Of a stretch of DNA of 64,000 nt, positions 51,443-61,024 are shown piece by piece (positions within the stretch are counted from its first letter, which is position 1; every line of letters starts with the position of its first letter). A program made the translations under genes and the position numbers. The notes beneath the pieces are model-generated. The model ran no database searches, was not told where the DNA came from, and saw only the letters and a program-made list of their open reading frames with translations. This DNA is from Spirochaetia bacterium (GTDB lineage: Bacteria; Spirochaetota; Spirochaetia; B11-G9). The stretch is taken from NCBI GenBank assembly GCA_027859095.1, contig JAQIBN010000006.1:18008-82007 (forward strand), given 5' to 3'.

Positions 51443-52140
51443 GACAGTTCTCCGACAAATACATATCCAAAACCATGAACAGACTTGATATATTTGGGGG
51501 TTTTTGCACTTTCGCCTAATTTGGAACGTATTCTGCTTATTAGAATATCAATTGATCTGCTATAACTTGCGGAATCAAAGCCCTGAATATTCAGCATAAT
51601 TTCGTCACGACTGAATTTTCTTCCAGGATGCTGAACCAGTAATAACAGAAGCTCGAATTCCATGGATGTCAAATTCATGGCTTTATCCAATATATATGCT
51701 TCTCTTTCCTTAGTATGGATTACGATATTATCAAAAAATAAACTTCTGGATTGAGTTCTTGTGCCTGAACGCTTAAGGATTGTCTGGATCCTTGTTACAA
51801 GTTCCCGGGGTTCGAAGGGTTTCGCCATATAGTCATCTGCACCTAATTCAAGCCCTACAATTTTGTCCATTGCATCACCTCTGGCGGATAGCATTATAAT
51901 GGGAATATCACTTTTCCTGCGAATTTCACGACAGGTTTCAAATCCATCCATTACCGGCATCATCACATCCAGAACAATTAAATGGGGGGATTTTTCGGCG
52001 AGAAGTTTAAGACCATCCTGTGAATTGGCTGCAGTCATCAAATCCATTTGAAACATTAAAAAATACTCATGCATAAGGTCGAGAAGCTTTTCATCATCAT
52101 CAATCATCAGAATCTGAGTGAGCACTGGAACATTATTCAT
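51439..52140 (-). CDS. OmpR-family response regulator.
   Basis: It has a receiver domain (DD...D, K) and a winged-helix trans_reg_C domain. It overlaps the HK gene by 4 nt. Confidence 0.85.
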   Translation of the reverse strand: MNNVPVLTQILMIDDDEKLLDLMHEYFLMFQMDLMTAANSQDGLKLLAEKSPHLIVLDVMMPVMDGFETCREIRRKSDIPIIMLSARGDAMDKIVGLELGADDYMAKPFEPRELVTRIQTILKRSGTRTQSRSLFFDNIVIHTKEREAYILDKAMNLTSMEFELLLLLVQHPGRKFSRDEIMLNIQGFDSASYSRSIDILISRIRSKLGESAKTPKYIKSVHGFGYVFVGELS

Positions 52141-52292
52141 ATTAGAAGTACCTGCCTTATAAAGATAATATACATTAAACCCAGATATTTATCCTAGTTA
52201 ATGAACGCTGTTTAATCCTAATTCCGGGAGATACAATTTGTTACATATATTTACTTTTCAGAAAAGACTATAAATATAATAAGTAATAAATT

Positions 52293-52844
52293 ATGATCAT
52301 GAAAAAGAATAACAGAGACTTTAGCAGAACAAAATTATTAGCAGTCATCATGGTAATCATCCTGATGAGTATTCCTGGACTTTGCAGTGCAGGAGAATCG
52401 ACCAGTCCCCAGTCAGCGGATAAATTGTTTTTGTATTCACATTCAAAAGCCATGGAAGCACTAAGTTTTAGCATGGATACTCTTGAAATCAATTACCCCT
52501 TAAGTTCTTTACATAAGGGTCTGGGTTACGCAACTGTAGCAATGGGCATGCTTACGGGAATACTAAATCCGGAAAATGTTGGAGAAAATCTCCATCAGAC
52601 CCTGGGTTATACGACTGCAGGCTTTGCATTTGCAACAATGGCAGCAGGATTTATAGCTCACTATAGGGATATTGATCTGCAGTCCGGATGGAGCTCAAAC
52701 AATATTCACACAATTCTAGGCATCACTGGTGGGGTGATGATGATGATTGCCCCTTTCCTGGCTCCAGGTGATGCTCATCAGGTTCTTGGGGAGTTGGGTG
52801 CTTTAACCATGGGAATTTCAATAGTAGGAAAATTAGTTTACTAA
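52293..52844 (+). CDS. Hypothetical exported/membrane protein.
   Basis: It has a signal peptide and several Gly/Ala-rich hydrophobic segments. Confidence 0.45.
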   Translation: MIMKKNNRDFSRTKLLAVIMVIILMSIPGLCSAGESTSPQSADKLFLYSHSKAMEALSFSMDTLEINYPLSSLHKGLGYATVAMGMLTGILNPENVGENLHQTLGYTTAGFAFATMAAGFIAHYRDIDLQSGWSSNNIHTILGITGGVMMMIAPFLAPGDAHQVLGELGALTMGISIVGKLVY

Positions 52845-52872
52845 TATAATAAAAAAAATTAGGGGAGATATT

Positions 52873-53397
52873 ATGAATAAAAAATTTACAGTAATTTTTA
52901 TAATTGCCATTTTGGCAGCAGGCATCTTGTACGCTGAAACAGTCAATAACAATAAAATAGCAGTCCTATATAATAAAAACACTCAAACAAACAGAGATGT
53001 ACTTCATTTTATGGGCAGTCAATTTGATGCACTGGGCAGCCAATATCAATTCTTTGCTGTGAAGAAACCAGAGGAAATAAAACCTGGTGCTTATAAAGCA
53101 GTACTTGTACTTAACACTGGTGTCAGAGACGGAATTGACCCGAAACTCTCGGGGTTTATTGACTCATGGCAAAATAAATCTGAAATCATCTTAATCAGTC
53201 TTTATAGAGGAAGTACTGAAATTAAGGTGGAAACAATACCGTCATCGAGTAACCCCCAGGGGGTTGATGCAGTCTCTGCTGCCTCTTTATGGAAAAAGGG
53301 CGTACTAAGTTCAATCTTTGGAAATAAACCCAATACACTGCAGATGCATGAAGAATGGGTAAAACAGGTCCTTACTCTCCTCTCAAGAAAAGGTTAG
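52873..53397 (+). CDS. Hypothetical secreted protein.
   Basis: It has a signal peptide, and a GGAG ribosome-binding site precedes the start. Confidence 0.45.
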   Translation: MNKKFTVIFIIAILAAGILYAETVNNNKIAVLYNKNTQTNRDVLHFMGSQFDALGSQYQFFAVKKPEEIKPGAYKAVLVLNTGVRDGIDPKLSGFIDSWQNKSEIILISLYRGSTEIKVETIPSSSNPQGVDAVSAASLWKKGVLSSIFGNKPNTLQMHEEWVKQVLTLLSRKG

Positions 53398-53407
53398 GTA
53401 GGAAATA

Positions 53408-54697
53408 ATGCCTATACTTATACTTCTTTATCTGGTACTGCCAGGAGTACAGGTTTATTTCTTCCTTGCAGGACAATTTGGGAATATCCTTGCGGATATT
53501 CTTAATTTCGGGGCATCCATTTTTGCCCTCCATTGGCTTCTGGCAAATGTTATCATTACATCTAAAATACCATGGCTTCAAAGAAGTATACCCTATGATG
53601 CACGAATACGTTTCCATATCTTTTCTACAGCAGGAATAGGTATAGCTGTAATCTATCATGCCATCTACTACTTTGCGATGGGTGCATTTATAGACCCTCC
53701 AACATGGGCAATTATTATTATTCTAACACTTATGCTTCTATTTGCCATTTTATGGATACCAGTACCTGGTTTTAAGGCTTTTAGAACATGGCTGATAAGT
53801 AAAAAGAGAGGGGGGTCAGAGCTTAATTATGACCGTTCAAAGGGGCTTCATAGATTGTTTGTTCTGGTACTGGGATTTCTTCTTCTCCTTCATATTCTAG
53901 AAGCAGAAATATTTTTAAATGTCAGCCCTGTCTCTGCCTTATTCTACGGGGTTCTTTATGTAGGAAGTTTTGGTATATACCTGCTCTCCCTCAGTTCGAT
54001 TTTCAATATTAAATCTGAGATCATAAGCATAGAGGATAAGGAGGGTATTATTATCATTACCCTTCAGCCGACCAGGCGCTTTAGATACAAAAGTGGCCAA
54101 TTCACCTTTCTGGGAGTTAAAACCTCTACAAATAAAATTGAAGAACACCCATTTTCATTCCTATCATCTCCTCAAAAGAAACATGATCATAAATTTGAGA
54201 TTGAACCTGTAAGTTTAGCGATTAGAGCCCTTGGAGATTTTACCAGAGATCTATCCAATCTAAAACCTGGAAATAAGGTACAGTTGAGAGGCTCCTATGG
54301 TAATTTTAGACCAGGGAAAGAAAAAGCACTGTGTTTCGTAGCATCAGGTATAGGTACCGTGCCTATTATTAGCATTCTGAAAGATCTCCATGCATCAGGG
54401 GATAAGCGACCCATGCAGATATTTCTTGCGGTTGACCATAAAGACGAAATACCTGAACGGGAAAAAATCGTTAAAATCGCCGAATCAATGCCAAACGTTA
54501 ATCTGCATATGATGGTTTATAGCGAGGACGGTCTGAGATATTCTGAGGATTATTTCAGAAAGCACCTCTCTGATCAAAGTAGTTTTTCATATTATCTTTG
54601 TTCATCTCCAGGAGTCAGGCCAATTGTGCTGAAGGCACTTACCGCTATTGGTGTAAAAAAATCTGCCATACATTCTGAGGCATTTACTTTTGGATGA
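53408..54697 (+). CDS. NOX/FRE-like membrane flavocytochrome: ferric-reductase-type 6-TM heme domain fused to FAD- and NAD(P)-binding FNR-like domains.
   Basis: It has TM histidines, HPFS (the FAD-binding HPF(S/T) motif), and the NAD-binding region CFVASGIGTVPIISIL. Confidence 0.7.
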   Translation: MPILILLYLVLPGVQVYFFLAGQFGNILADILNFGASIFALHWLLANVIITSKIPWLQRSIPYDARIRFHIFSTAGIGIAVIYHAIYYFAMGAFIDPPTWAIIIILTLMLLFAILWIPVPGFKAFRTWLISKKRGGSELNYDRSKGLHRLFVLVLGFLLLLHILEAEIFLNVSPVSALFYGVLYVGSFGIYLLSLSSIFNIKSEIISIEDKEGIIIITLQPTRRFRYKSGQFTFLGVKTSTNKIEEHPFSFLSSPQKKHDHKFEIEPVSLAIRALGDFTRDLSNLKPGNKVQLRGSYGNFRPGKEKALCFVASGIGTVPIISILKDLHASGDKRPMQIFLAVDHKDEIPEREKIVKIAESMPNVNLHMMVYSEDGLRYSEDYFRKHLSDQSSFSYYLCSSPGVRPIVLKALTAIGVKKSAIHSEAFTFG

Positions 54698-54723
54698 TTT
54701 TGGAGAGCTAAAGAGAACATTTT

Positions 54724-56115
54724 TTATTCATTTTCAACTTTCCGAAGTGCATCCACAAACGCCATAACAGATCGGCTAACATCAACCTCTGTGGTAGCCC
54801 AGGAACAGACACTGACACGGATAACATATTGGCCATTCCATTTTGCATTTCCACACCAGCATTCCCCGGATTGCTGTACCAGTTCAAGGACCATTTTAGT
54901 TGTATCATCATCTTTACAGGTAACAAGTACCTGATTAAAAACAACATCATTCAGTACTTCGAATCCCTGTAATTTAAATTCTTCTGCAAATTGAACTGCC
55001 CTTTCATGCAGCCCCTCAACAAGCTCAGCAAGACCACTTGTACCAAGAAATTTCAAAGCTGCCCACATTTCCACAGCCCTTGCCCTGCGGGACATTTCCG
55101 GTGTAAATAACATTCCATCACGTTGCTCTCCATAGATTATGTAAGAACCGGTAGCATGAAGAGCAGAAGACAATGCATCCCTGTCAGTACACAGAATAAT
55201 GCCACTATCGTAAGGAGTATTCAGAGTCTTATGCCCATCTGCAGACCAGGAATCCGCTTTGGACATATAATTTGTTAATTCATTAAATCTACTGGATCCT
55301 GCTGCCCACAGACCAAATGCACCATCAACATGAACCCAGGATCCTGCTGCCTCAGCAATAGGCATTATTTTATTAAAAGGATCAAAAGCTCCTGTGCTTA
55401 CTTGACCTGCCTGGAGAATTAGAATTGTTCTTTCATCCAGAATAGGAAGAGTTTCAGGGATTATACGTCCCTGGTCATCTACATCGGCAAACTCCAGCTG
55501 TTCACTTCCAATTCCAAGAAGAGCCAGGCCTTTTATAACTGTACCATGAGCCTGTCGTCCCAGGACAATTCTAAAAGGAGGGGCACCAGCCAAACCTTTT
55601 TTATTTACATCCCACCCCTGTTTCTCCAGAATTCTAAATCTGGCAGCAGCAAGACCACATAATATCGCCATAGAACTACCACTGACAAACCCTGCAACTG
55701 TTTTCTCTGGAAGAGAAAATATCTGTTTAAGCCATTTCTCAACAACTGATTCAATCTTAGAAACAACAGGAGAAGAAATATACATTGGAGTATTCTGATC
55801 CCAAAAATCTGTAAGCCATTTTACAGCAAGAGAAGCTGGAATTACCCCACCATCTACAAAGCCAAAATAACGCCCACCAATTTGACTTACTGTCCCGGGG
55901 GAACCATATTTGTGAAGCTGATCAAGAATTGATACAGCATCTGATGAGGCAACAGGCATTTCCTCATTAAAAGAATTCAAATTTTTTATTGCTTCTTCAA
56001 GAGGAAATACATTTCTGTCAAGAGCAGTTTCTGCATACTCCAAAGCATATTCCCCTGCCTTTTTAAACAGGTTTTTATCTTTTAACTCCAGAAACATTTT
56101 TTCCCGGATATTCAT
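54724..56115 (-). CDS. PLP-dependent group II decarboxylase-fold enzyme.
   Basis: S.ADGHKTLNTPYDSG matches the PLP-lysine motif of group II decarboxylases. The protein is 463 aa. Confidence 0.7.
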   Translation of the reverse strand: MNIREKMFLELKDKNLFKKAGEYALEYAETALDRNVFPLEEAIKNLNSFNEEMPVASSDAVSILDQLHKYGSPGTVSQIGGRYFGFVDGGVIPASLAVKWLTDFWDQNTPMYISSPVVSKIESVVEKWLKQIFSLPEKTVAGFVSGSSMAILCGLAAARFRILEKQGWDVNKKGLAGAPPFRIVLGRQAHGTVIKGLALLGIGSEQLEFADVDDQGRIIPETLPILDERTILILQAGQVSTGAFDPFNKIMPIAEAAGSWVHVDGAFGLWAAGSSRFNELTNYMSKADSWSADGHKTLNTPYDSGIILCTDRDALSSALHATGSYIIYGEQRDGMLFTPEMSRRARAVEMWAALKFLGTSGLAELVEGLHERAVQFAEEFKLQGFEVLNDVVFNQVLVTCKDDDTTKMVLELVQQSGECWCGNAKWNGQYVIRVSVCSWATTEVDVSRSVMAFVDALRKVENE

Positions 56116-56116
56116 T

Positions 56117-56497
56117 TTAACTTTTTATTTCAGCTATACACTCAATCTCAACCATGGCATCCAGAGGATTTTGTTTAACCGCAATTGCAGATCTGGCAGG
56201 GGTATGACCATCAAACATTTCTGCATACACTTCGTTCATCCTTTTAAAATCATCCATAGATTTTAGAAAAACAGTGGTTTTTACTATATCTTTTAGGCTA
56301 AGATTCATTCCATTTAAAACAACAGTTATATTTGTGAGAACTCTTTTTGTTTGTTCCTCGATTGTTACGCCAACAATTTTCATAGTTACCGGATCCAGTG
56401 GTGTTTGACCAGAACAAAAAACAAGGTTTCCAGTTTTAACGGCATGACAGTATGGGCCGATTGCAGCAGGTGCTCCGTCAATTAATAATGTTTTCAT
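56117..56497 (-). CDS. ridA: RidA/YjgF-family reactive-intermediate deaminase.
   Basis: The 126-aa protein has GPYCHAV...PARSAIAV, typical RidA motifs. Confidence 0.8.
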   Translation of the reverse strand: MKTLLIDGAPAAIGPYCHAVKTGNLVFCSGQTPLDPVTMKIVGVTIEEQTKRVLTNITVVLNGMNLSLKDIVKTTVFLKSMDDFKRMNEVYAEMFDGHTPARSAIAVKQNPLDAMVEIECIAEIKS

Positions 56498-56523
56498 TTA
56501 CTATCTCTCCTAATAATAATATT

Positions 56524-57930
56524 TCAACTTTCAGCATTCACAGTTTCTTCAATTATATCAAGAAGATCCTGCTCTTTAATAGGTTTTGAAACAAAGTGAT
56601 CCATACCAGCTTCTATACATCTACGAACATCTTCTGGAAATGCATTTGCTGTAAGCGCAATAATTTTAATATATCCACCAGATTCTTTTTCTAATTCTCT
56701 AATTCGTTTAGTAGCCTCAATTCCATCGACCTCAGGCATTCCCATGTCCATAAGAATAAGATCAAAGTCTTTAGTCTTAATTATCTCAAGAACTTCTCTG
56801 CCGTTAACAGCTTCTTGAACAAGCATACCTTTCTTTGAAAGAAACTTATTTATGTATATTCTGTTTATGGCTTCATCTTCAGCAATTATCACCCGAAGCC
56901 CTTCAATAGCATTATTTGTTGTAAGATTAAACTTTTCAGGAATTTCCTTTTGCCCAGGGGGAGTAGGTACAACAGGAAAACTAATTTTAAAAGTAGAACC
57001 TACACCTACTTTACTTTCTATTTCAATTGATCCGTTTAATAACTCTACCAATTGTTTTACAATTGCCAACCCACGCCCTACACCTTCATGTGTTTTTACA
57101 TATGTATTTTCAATTTGAACAAAACTATCAAAAATTGTTTGTATTTCTTCATCAGGGATCCCAATTCCGGTATCAATTATTGAAATTTCTAAATTTTCTT
57201 CTAATTCTACAGATAAACTAATAGTCCCTTTATCTGAATACTTAATTGCATTGGTAACAAGATTAATAATAATTTGTCCGATTCTTACCCTGTCACCATA
57301 GAAATTAATTATTTCAGGTTTAATATTATACAGAAGTTCAATTTCTTTTTTATCAGCTGTAGGTTTTAATACTGATATAGTATTTTTAATAAGATTACTT
57401 AAACTGAATAAAACAGGTTTAATAGTTAAATTCCCTGTTTCAATCTGAGAAAAATCAAGAAGATCTGAAATAATTCTAAACAGATGATCTCCTGATTCTG
57501 CAATCATTTGGAGAAATTCTTTCTGATCATTATCTAAATCAGTATCCATAACCAAACCTGTCATTCCCAATATTCCATTTAAGGGAGTTCTTAACTCATG
57601 ACTTATGTTTGCTAAAAAGTCATTTTTCATTTTGCTTGCGTTTTCAGCTTTAGACTTAGATTCAATAACTTCCTTTTGGGAAATTTCAAGTTCCTTAACC
57701 TTAAGAAGTAGATTTTTTTTTGCTTCAACAAGATCAGTCTGACTTTGTTTATTTACTATCCATAAATAGACAAAACCCACTGTTACTAGAATAATAAGAA
57801 TAGTTTGAATATAAATTTTATTATAAGAAAAAAATATAATAGTAATAGACGTAATAAAAAGTACTATTGTAACAAAAGGAATTATTATTTTACTTCTTAA
57901 ACTTAAAGATATCATTAACTTTCTCCCCAT
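56524..57930 (-). CDS. Hybrid sensor histidine kinase / response regulator.
   Basis: It has two N-terminal TM segments, HisKA (SHELRTPLN), HATPase_c, and a C-terminal receiver domain (LMDMGMPEVDG). Confidence 0.85.
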   Translation of the reverse strand: MGRKLMISLSLRSKIIIPFVTIVLFITSITIIFFSYNKIYIQTILIILVTVGFVYLWIVNKQSQTDLVEAKKNLLLKVKELEISQKEVIESKSKAENASKMKNDFLANISHELRTPLNGILGMTGLVMDTDLDNDQKEFLQMIAESGDHLFRIISDLLDFSQIETGNLTIKPVLFSLSNLIKNTISVLKPTADKKEIELLYNIKPEIINFYGDRVRIGQIIINLVTNAIKYSDKGTISLSVELEENLEISIIDTGIGIPDEEIQTIFDSFVQIENTYVKTHEGVGRGLAIVKQLVELLNGSIEIESKVGVGSTFKISFPVVPTPPGQKEIPEKFNLTTNNAIEGLRVIIAEDEAINRIYINKFLSKKGMLVQEAVNGREVLEIIKTKDFDLILMDMGMPEVDGIEATKRIRELEKESGGYIKIIALTANAFPEDVRRCIEAGMDHFVSKPIKEQDLLDIIEETVNAES

Positions 57931-58019
57931 GCCTAATTATATGAATATATTTCTATGTTGCAAACAATATTTGAATATTTTAATTAAAATATCCCTTTAT
58001 TCATTCAAAAATACCATAT

Positions 58020-58937
58020 ATGATTTTACAATGCCAAAAGAAGCTATCCCCCGACTGGATGACGATACAATCAGAGAAAAAAATACTACCTTACTGCCGG
58101 CTTAAATCAGGTGAAGTTTGGGTAGATCCTACAGGACAACATAAAATAGCTGTTCTGGACGCTGAATCTAAAAAAGACTGCCAACTAATAAGTAAAGATG
58201 AGAATGTAGATCTTTTCATACAGGATCCTCCATACAACATTGCTGTGGGAAATAAAAATACCCAGCAGCTTTCAAGAATTAATATTGAAGAGTATATAAT
58301 TTTTTCAAAAAAATGGGTTCAAAACAGTATAGATATAATGTCAAAAGATAGTCATTTTTATGTTTGGCTGGGTGCGGATCAGAAAAGAGGATTTCAACCT
58401 CTACCTGAATTTATGATCCTAATGCGAAAATATGAAGAGCTTACATCCCGAAGCTTTATAAGCCTTAGAAACCAAAGGGGATACGGCACTCAGAAAAACT
58501 GGATGGCTGTTAGGCAGGAGCTTCTTTATTACACAAAAGGGGATCCCTTTTTTAAAGTAGCTTATACAGATATTCCAAAAGTGCTAAAAGGATACTATAA
58601 AACAATAAATGGTAAAGTAACAGATAATCTTGAAAGAGGTAAATCTGAAACAATTCGTCCAGGAAATATCTGGCTGGATATCCAACAGGTTTTTTACCGG
58701 ATGGAAGAAAATATTCCCGGGGCCTATGCTCAAAAGCCTCTTAAATCTATAGAAAGAATTATTAAAACCAGCTCAAAAAAAGAAGATATGGTAGCTGATT
58801 TCTTTGCCCACTCCGGGACAACCCTTATTGCTGCAGAAAAACTTGATCGCAGATGCATTACATTTGACAGAGACCCTGTTTTTGCAGAACTTACAATTAG
58901 AAGGTTGGCAGTGGGAAAATCCATTTCCGGAGATTAA
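58020..58937 (+). CDS. Beta-class N6-adenine/N4-cytosine DNA methyltransferase.
   Basis: Motif IV DPPYNI precedes motif I (FFAHSGTTLIAAEKL), giving a pfam01555-like layout. No restriction enzyme is adjacent. Confidence 0.8.
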   Translation: MILQCQKKLSPDWMTIQSEKKILPYCRLKSGEVWVDPTGQHKIAVLDAESKKDCQLISKDENVDLFIQDPPYNIAVGNKNTQQLSRINIEEYIIFSKKWVQNSIDIMSKDSHFYVWLGADQKRGFQPLPEFMILMRKYEELTSRSFISLRNQRGYGTQKNWMAVRQELLYYTKGDPFFKVAYTDIPKVLKGYYKTINGKVTDNLERGKSETIRPGNIWLDIQQVFYRMEENIPGAYAQKPLKSIERIIKTSSKKEDMVADFFAHSGTTLIAAEKLDRRCITFDRDPVFAELTIRRLAVGKSISGD

Positions 58938-59020
58938 TATCGAAAACAATGATATTCCCAATTCAAGAAAATAGTAGTTTTGACATAACAGTTTAAATAA
59001 GATAACAGCTTGAAAACGTC

Positions 59021-60253
59021 TTAGCTTAAATACTCTCTAACCTTATTTCTATCCCATTCCTCATTTACAGCCAGTTCGTACAACTTAGCTCTGGATTTAT
59101 CTCCAGCCATCTCAACACCTTTAAGAAGATCATTTTCGTAATAAAACAATCTATAGGCTCCTGAAGAGAGTACAGATTCTTCTAAATCCAGTTCTTTAGG
59201 ACTATGTTCCAGAAACGGGCGCATTGAAAAAAAGTAAGTACCAAAAAGATCTACCTTAATTCGATATTTTTTTAAAGGCCAGGTAGAAACCAATCCGGCC
59301 ATATTTGCTGCTGCTGTTCTTCCCTGATCCTGTGCAGAATGCCAATGATCTGTAATGGTTCCTGATTCCAGCTGAGTACAGTCTCCAGCTGCATAAATAT
59401 TAGTAATAGATGTTTCCATTTTAGAATTAACCAATATTCCATTTTCTGTTTTAATACCACTTGATTCGGCAAGAGCTATCCTTGGTTTTATCCCAAGGCT
59501 GTAGAGTAAAAAATCGTTAGTTGCACATTTTCTTTTTAAAGATACTGCGGTTACACAAATAGAAGTATCTAATTTTGTATCACTTACGATAGACCTAATA
59601 CCTTCTGTAGTTGTTCTGTAAAGTATAGTTATATTATGGGATTCGAATAATTTTTCAATTTTTTCTGATATTTTTTTGGAGAAATATCGATTTAATAAAA
59701 CATTGCTTCTACCTGAAAGTGTAACATTTAATCCAGCCTCTCTTAATTGAGCAGCTGTTTCAACACCTTCAATTCCTAAACCATAAACAAGACAGGATTG
59801 GGACGTATTTATTAGATCTTTCACATCTAATGCATCTTTGTAAGATCTGATTGATACTGCCTTTCTAAAAACTTCTGATGAAGGAGAATTAGACTCTGCT
59901 CCTGTACTAATTAGAAGTTTATCCCATTTTACAATCTTCCCGTTATCCAATTCTGCTGATTTATTTGAAATATCTATAGAAAGTACTTTGGTATTATTCA
60001 GTAAAGTTATTTTGTTCTCGTTATACCAGTCCGGATCTGCAAGTTGAAATTTTGTAATATCAAGTTTATCCGGATAGAATTTTTTATTTATCTTTGTTCT
60101 TTTATAGGGAAGATATTCTTCTCCATTAACTGCAATAATCTTCCCAGAAGGATCATGCCTACGAAGAGCTTCAATTGCATAAAATCCTGCTGCGTTTACA
60201 CCTATTATAAGATACTTTGCCTGCATAAATATTAACTCCTCCTTAATAATCAT
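59021..60253 (-). CDS. FAD-dependent pyridine-nucleotide-disulfide oxidoreductase (NADH oxidase / CoA-disulfide-reductase-like).
   Basis: It has an N-terminal GxGxxG-type motif (IIGVNAAGFYA), a second Rossmann motif (VYGLGIEG), and AAGDC. Confidence 0.75.
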   Translation of the reverse strand: MIIKEELIFMQAKYLIIGVNAAGFYAIEALRRHDPSGKIIAVNGEEYLPYKRTKINKKFYPDKLDITKFQLADPDWYNENKITLLNNTKVLSIDISNKSAELDNGKIVKWDKLLISTGAESNSPSSEVFRKAVSIRSYKDALDVKDLINTSQSCLVYGLGIEGVETAAQLREAGLNVTLSGRSNVLLNRYFSKKISEKIEKLFESHNITILYRTTTEGIRSIVSDTKLDTSICVTAVSLKRKCATNDFLLYSLGIKPRIALAESSGIKTENGILVNSKMETSITNIYAAGDCTQLESGTITDHWHSAQDQGRTAAANMAGLVSTWPLKKYRIKVDLFGTYFFSMRPFLEHSPKELDLEESVLSSGAYRLFYYENDLLKGVEMAGDKSRAKLYELAVNEEWDRNKVREYLS

Positions 60254-60303
60254 TAAGCAGTACTTTTTAAAGTAGAAAATGTGATACAGCGCAAAAAGCT
60301 GAT

Positions 60304-60642
60304 CTATTCTTTTTCCAGCATATCAAGATAAGACTGTAAGGCTTTTACCAACTGGCGAAGCATCTCCTTTGGCATTTCATCCAGATCAGATTGAATATTT
60401 TTAAAAGATTCTACATCAGCCTGGAGTTCTGAAAGATTCTGAGTCATTTGTTTTAACTGATTTTCATTACTCGAAATTCGCTCTCCGGATTCTTCATCTG
60501 CATTATCAACATAACTGGATGTTGTAAGAGGGTCTCCAAAACCAAGAACTCCACTGGTTGCACATGAGCTAATCAAAACAATTCCTAATAAAACTACAAA
60601 AATAAGTCGGTATTTTTTAATGCCCTTAATTATATTTTCCAT
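60304..60642 (-). CDS. Hypothetical lipoprotein with a coiled-coil.
   Basis: It has a signal peptide with an LISSC lipobox and an acidic coiled-coil C-terminus. Confidence 0.5.
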   Translation of the reverse strand: MENIIKGIKKYRLIFVVLLGIVLISSCATSGVLGFGDPLTTSSYVDNADEESGERISSNENQLKQMTQNLSELQADVESFKNIQSDLDEMPKEMLRQLVKALQSYLDMLEKE

Positions 60643-60808
60643 TTTATTTTCCTCTATATTGGATTTTTATAAATTAATGCTATCACAATTCTATTTATAA
60701 ATAAATAGATTTAGTACTAATGAAAGGTATAGTTTAAGATCAAAATACTATTTACTGGATTTAATATGATAAATAGAATAATCTTTGGAGCCAACACCCC
60801 TTAATAAG

Positions 60809-60882
60809 CCTGGTCGGGACTTCGTCCCTTGGACGGAAGCAAGCTTCCTGCTCGGGTATGCAACCTAACCTGCCCGGCTACG
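60809..60882. ncRNA. GC-rich structured element, copy B (candidate small RNA or miniature repeat element). The family is unidentified.
   Basis: It is a GC-rich island in an AT-rich divergent intergenic region. Nested helices are possible: GUCGGG/CCCGGC outer, CUUCGUCC/GGAC(G)GAAG inner. It is homologous to 10502-10562. Confidence 0.35.
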
Positions 60883-60990
60883 TTTCTTTCAGCTTTTGTA
60901 TTGCTATAGCTGTAGCAATAAAGACAGGATTTTGTTTCCACATCATTTATTTTTGGGCAAAAATGAGTGTTATTTTTAGAATTATCCAGG

Positions 60991-61020
60991 TTGACAATTA
61001 TAAAACATCCAATATTATAA
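60991..61020 (+). promoter_or_regulatory. Sigma-70-type promoter abutting the rnhB start codon.
   Basis: TTGACA is followed by a 16-17-nt spacer and a TATTAT/TATAAT-like -10 ending about 5 nt before the ATG. This implies a leaderless transcript. Confidence 0.35.
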
Positions 61021-61024
61021 CAAT

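Noticed and set aside
60809-60882. SRP (4.5S) RNA identity for the GC-rich element.
   Set aside because: The conserved domain IV motif (GGAAGGAAGCAGC / symmetric loop with GNRA cap) is not reproduced. Only a partial GGAAGCAAGC resemblance exists, and the copy at 10502 lacks that hairpin altogether.
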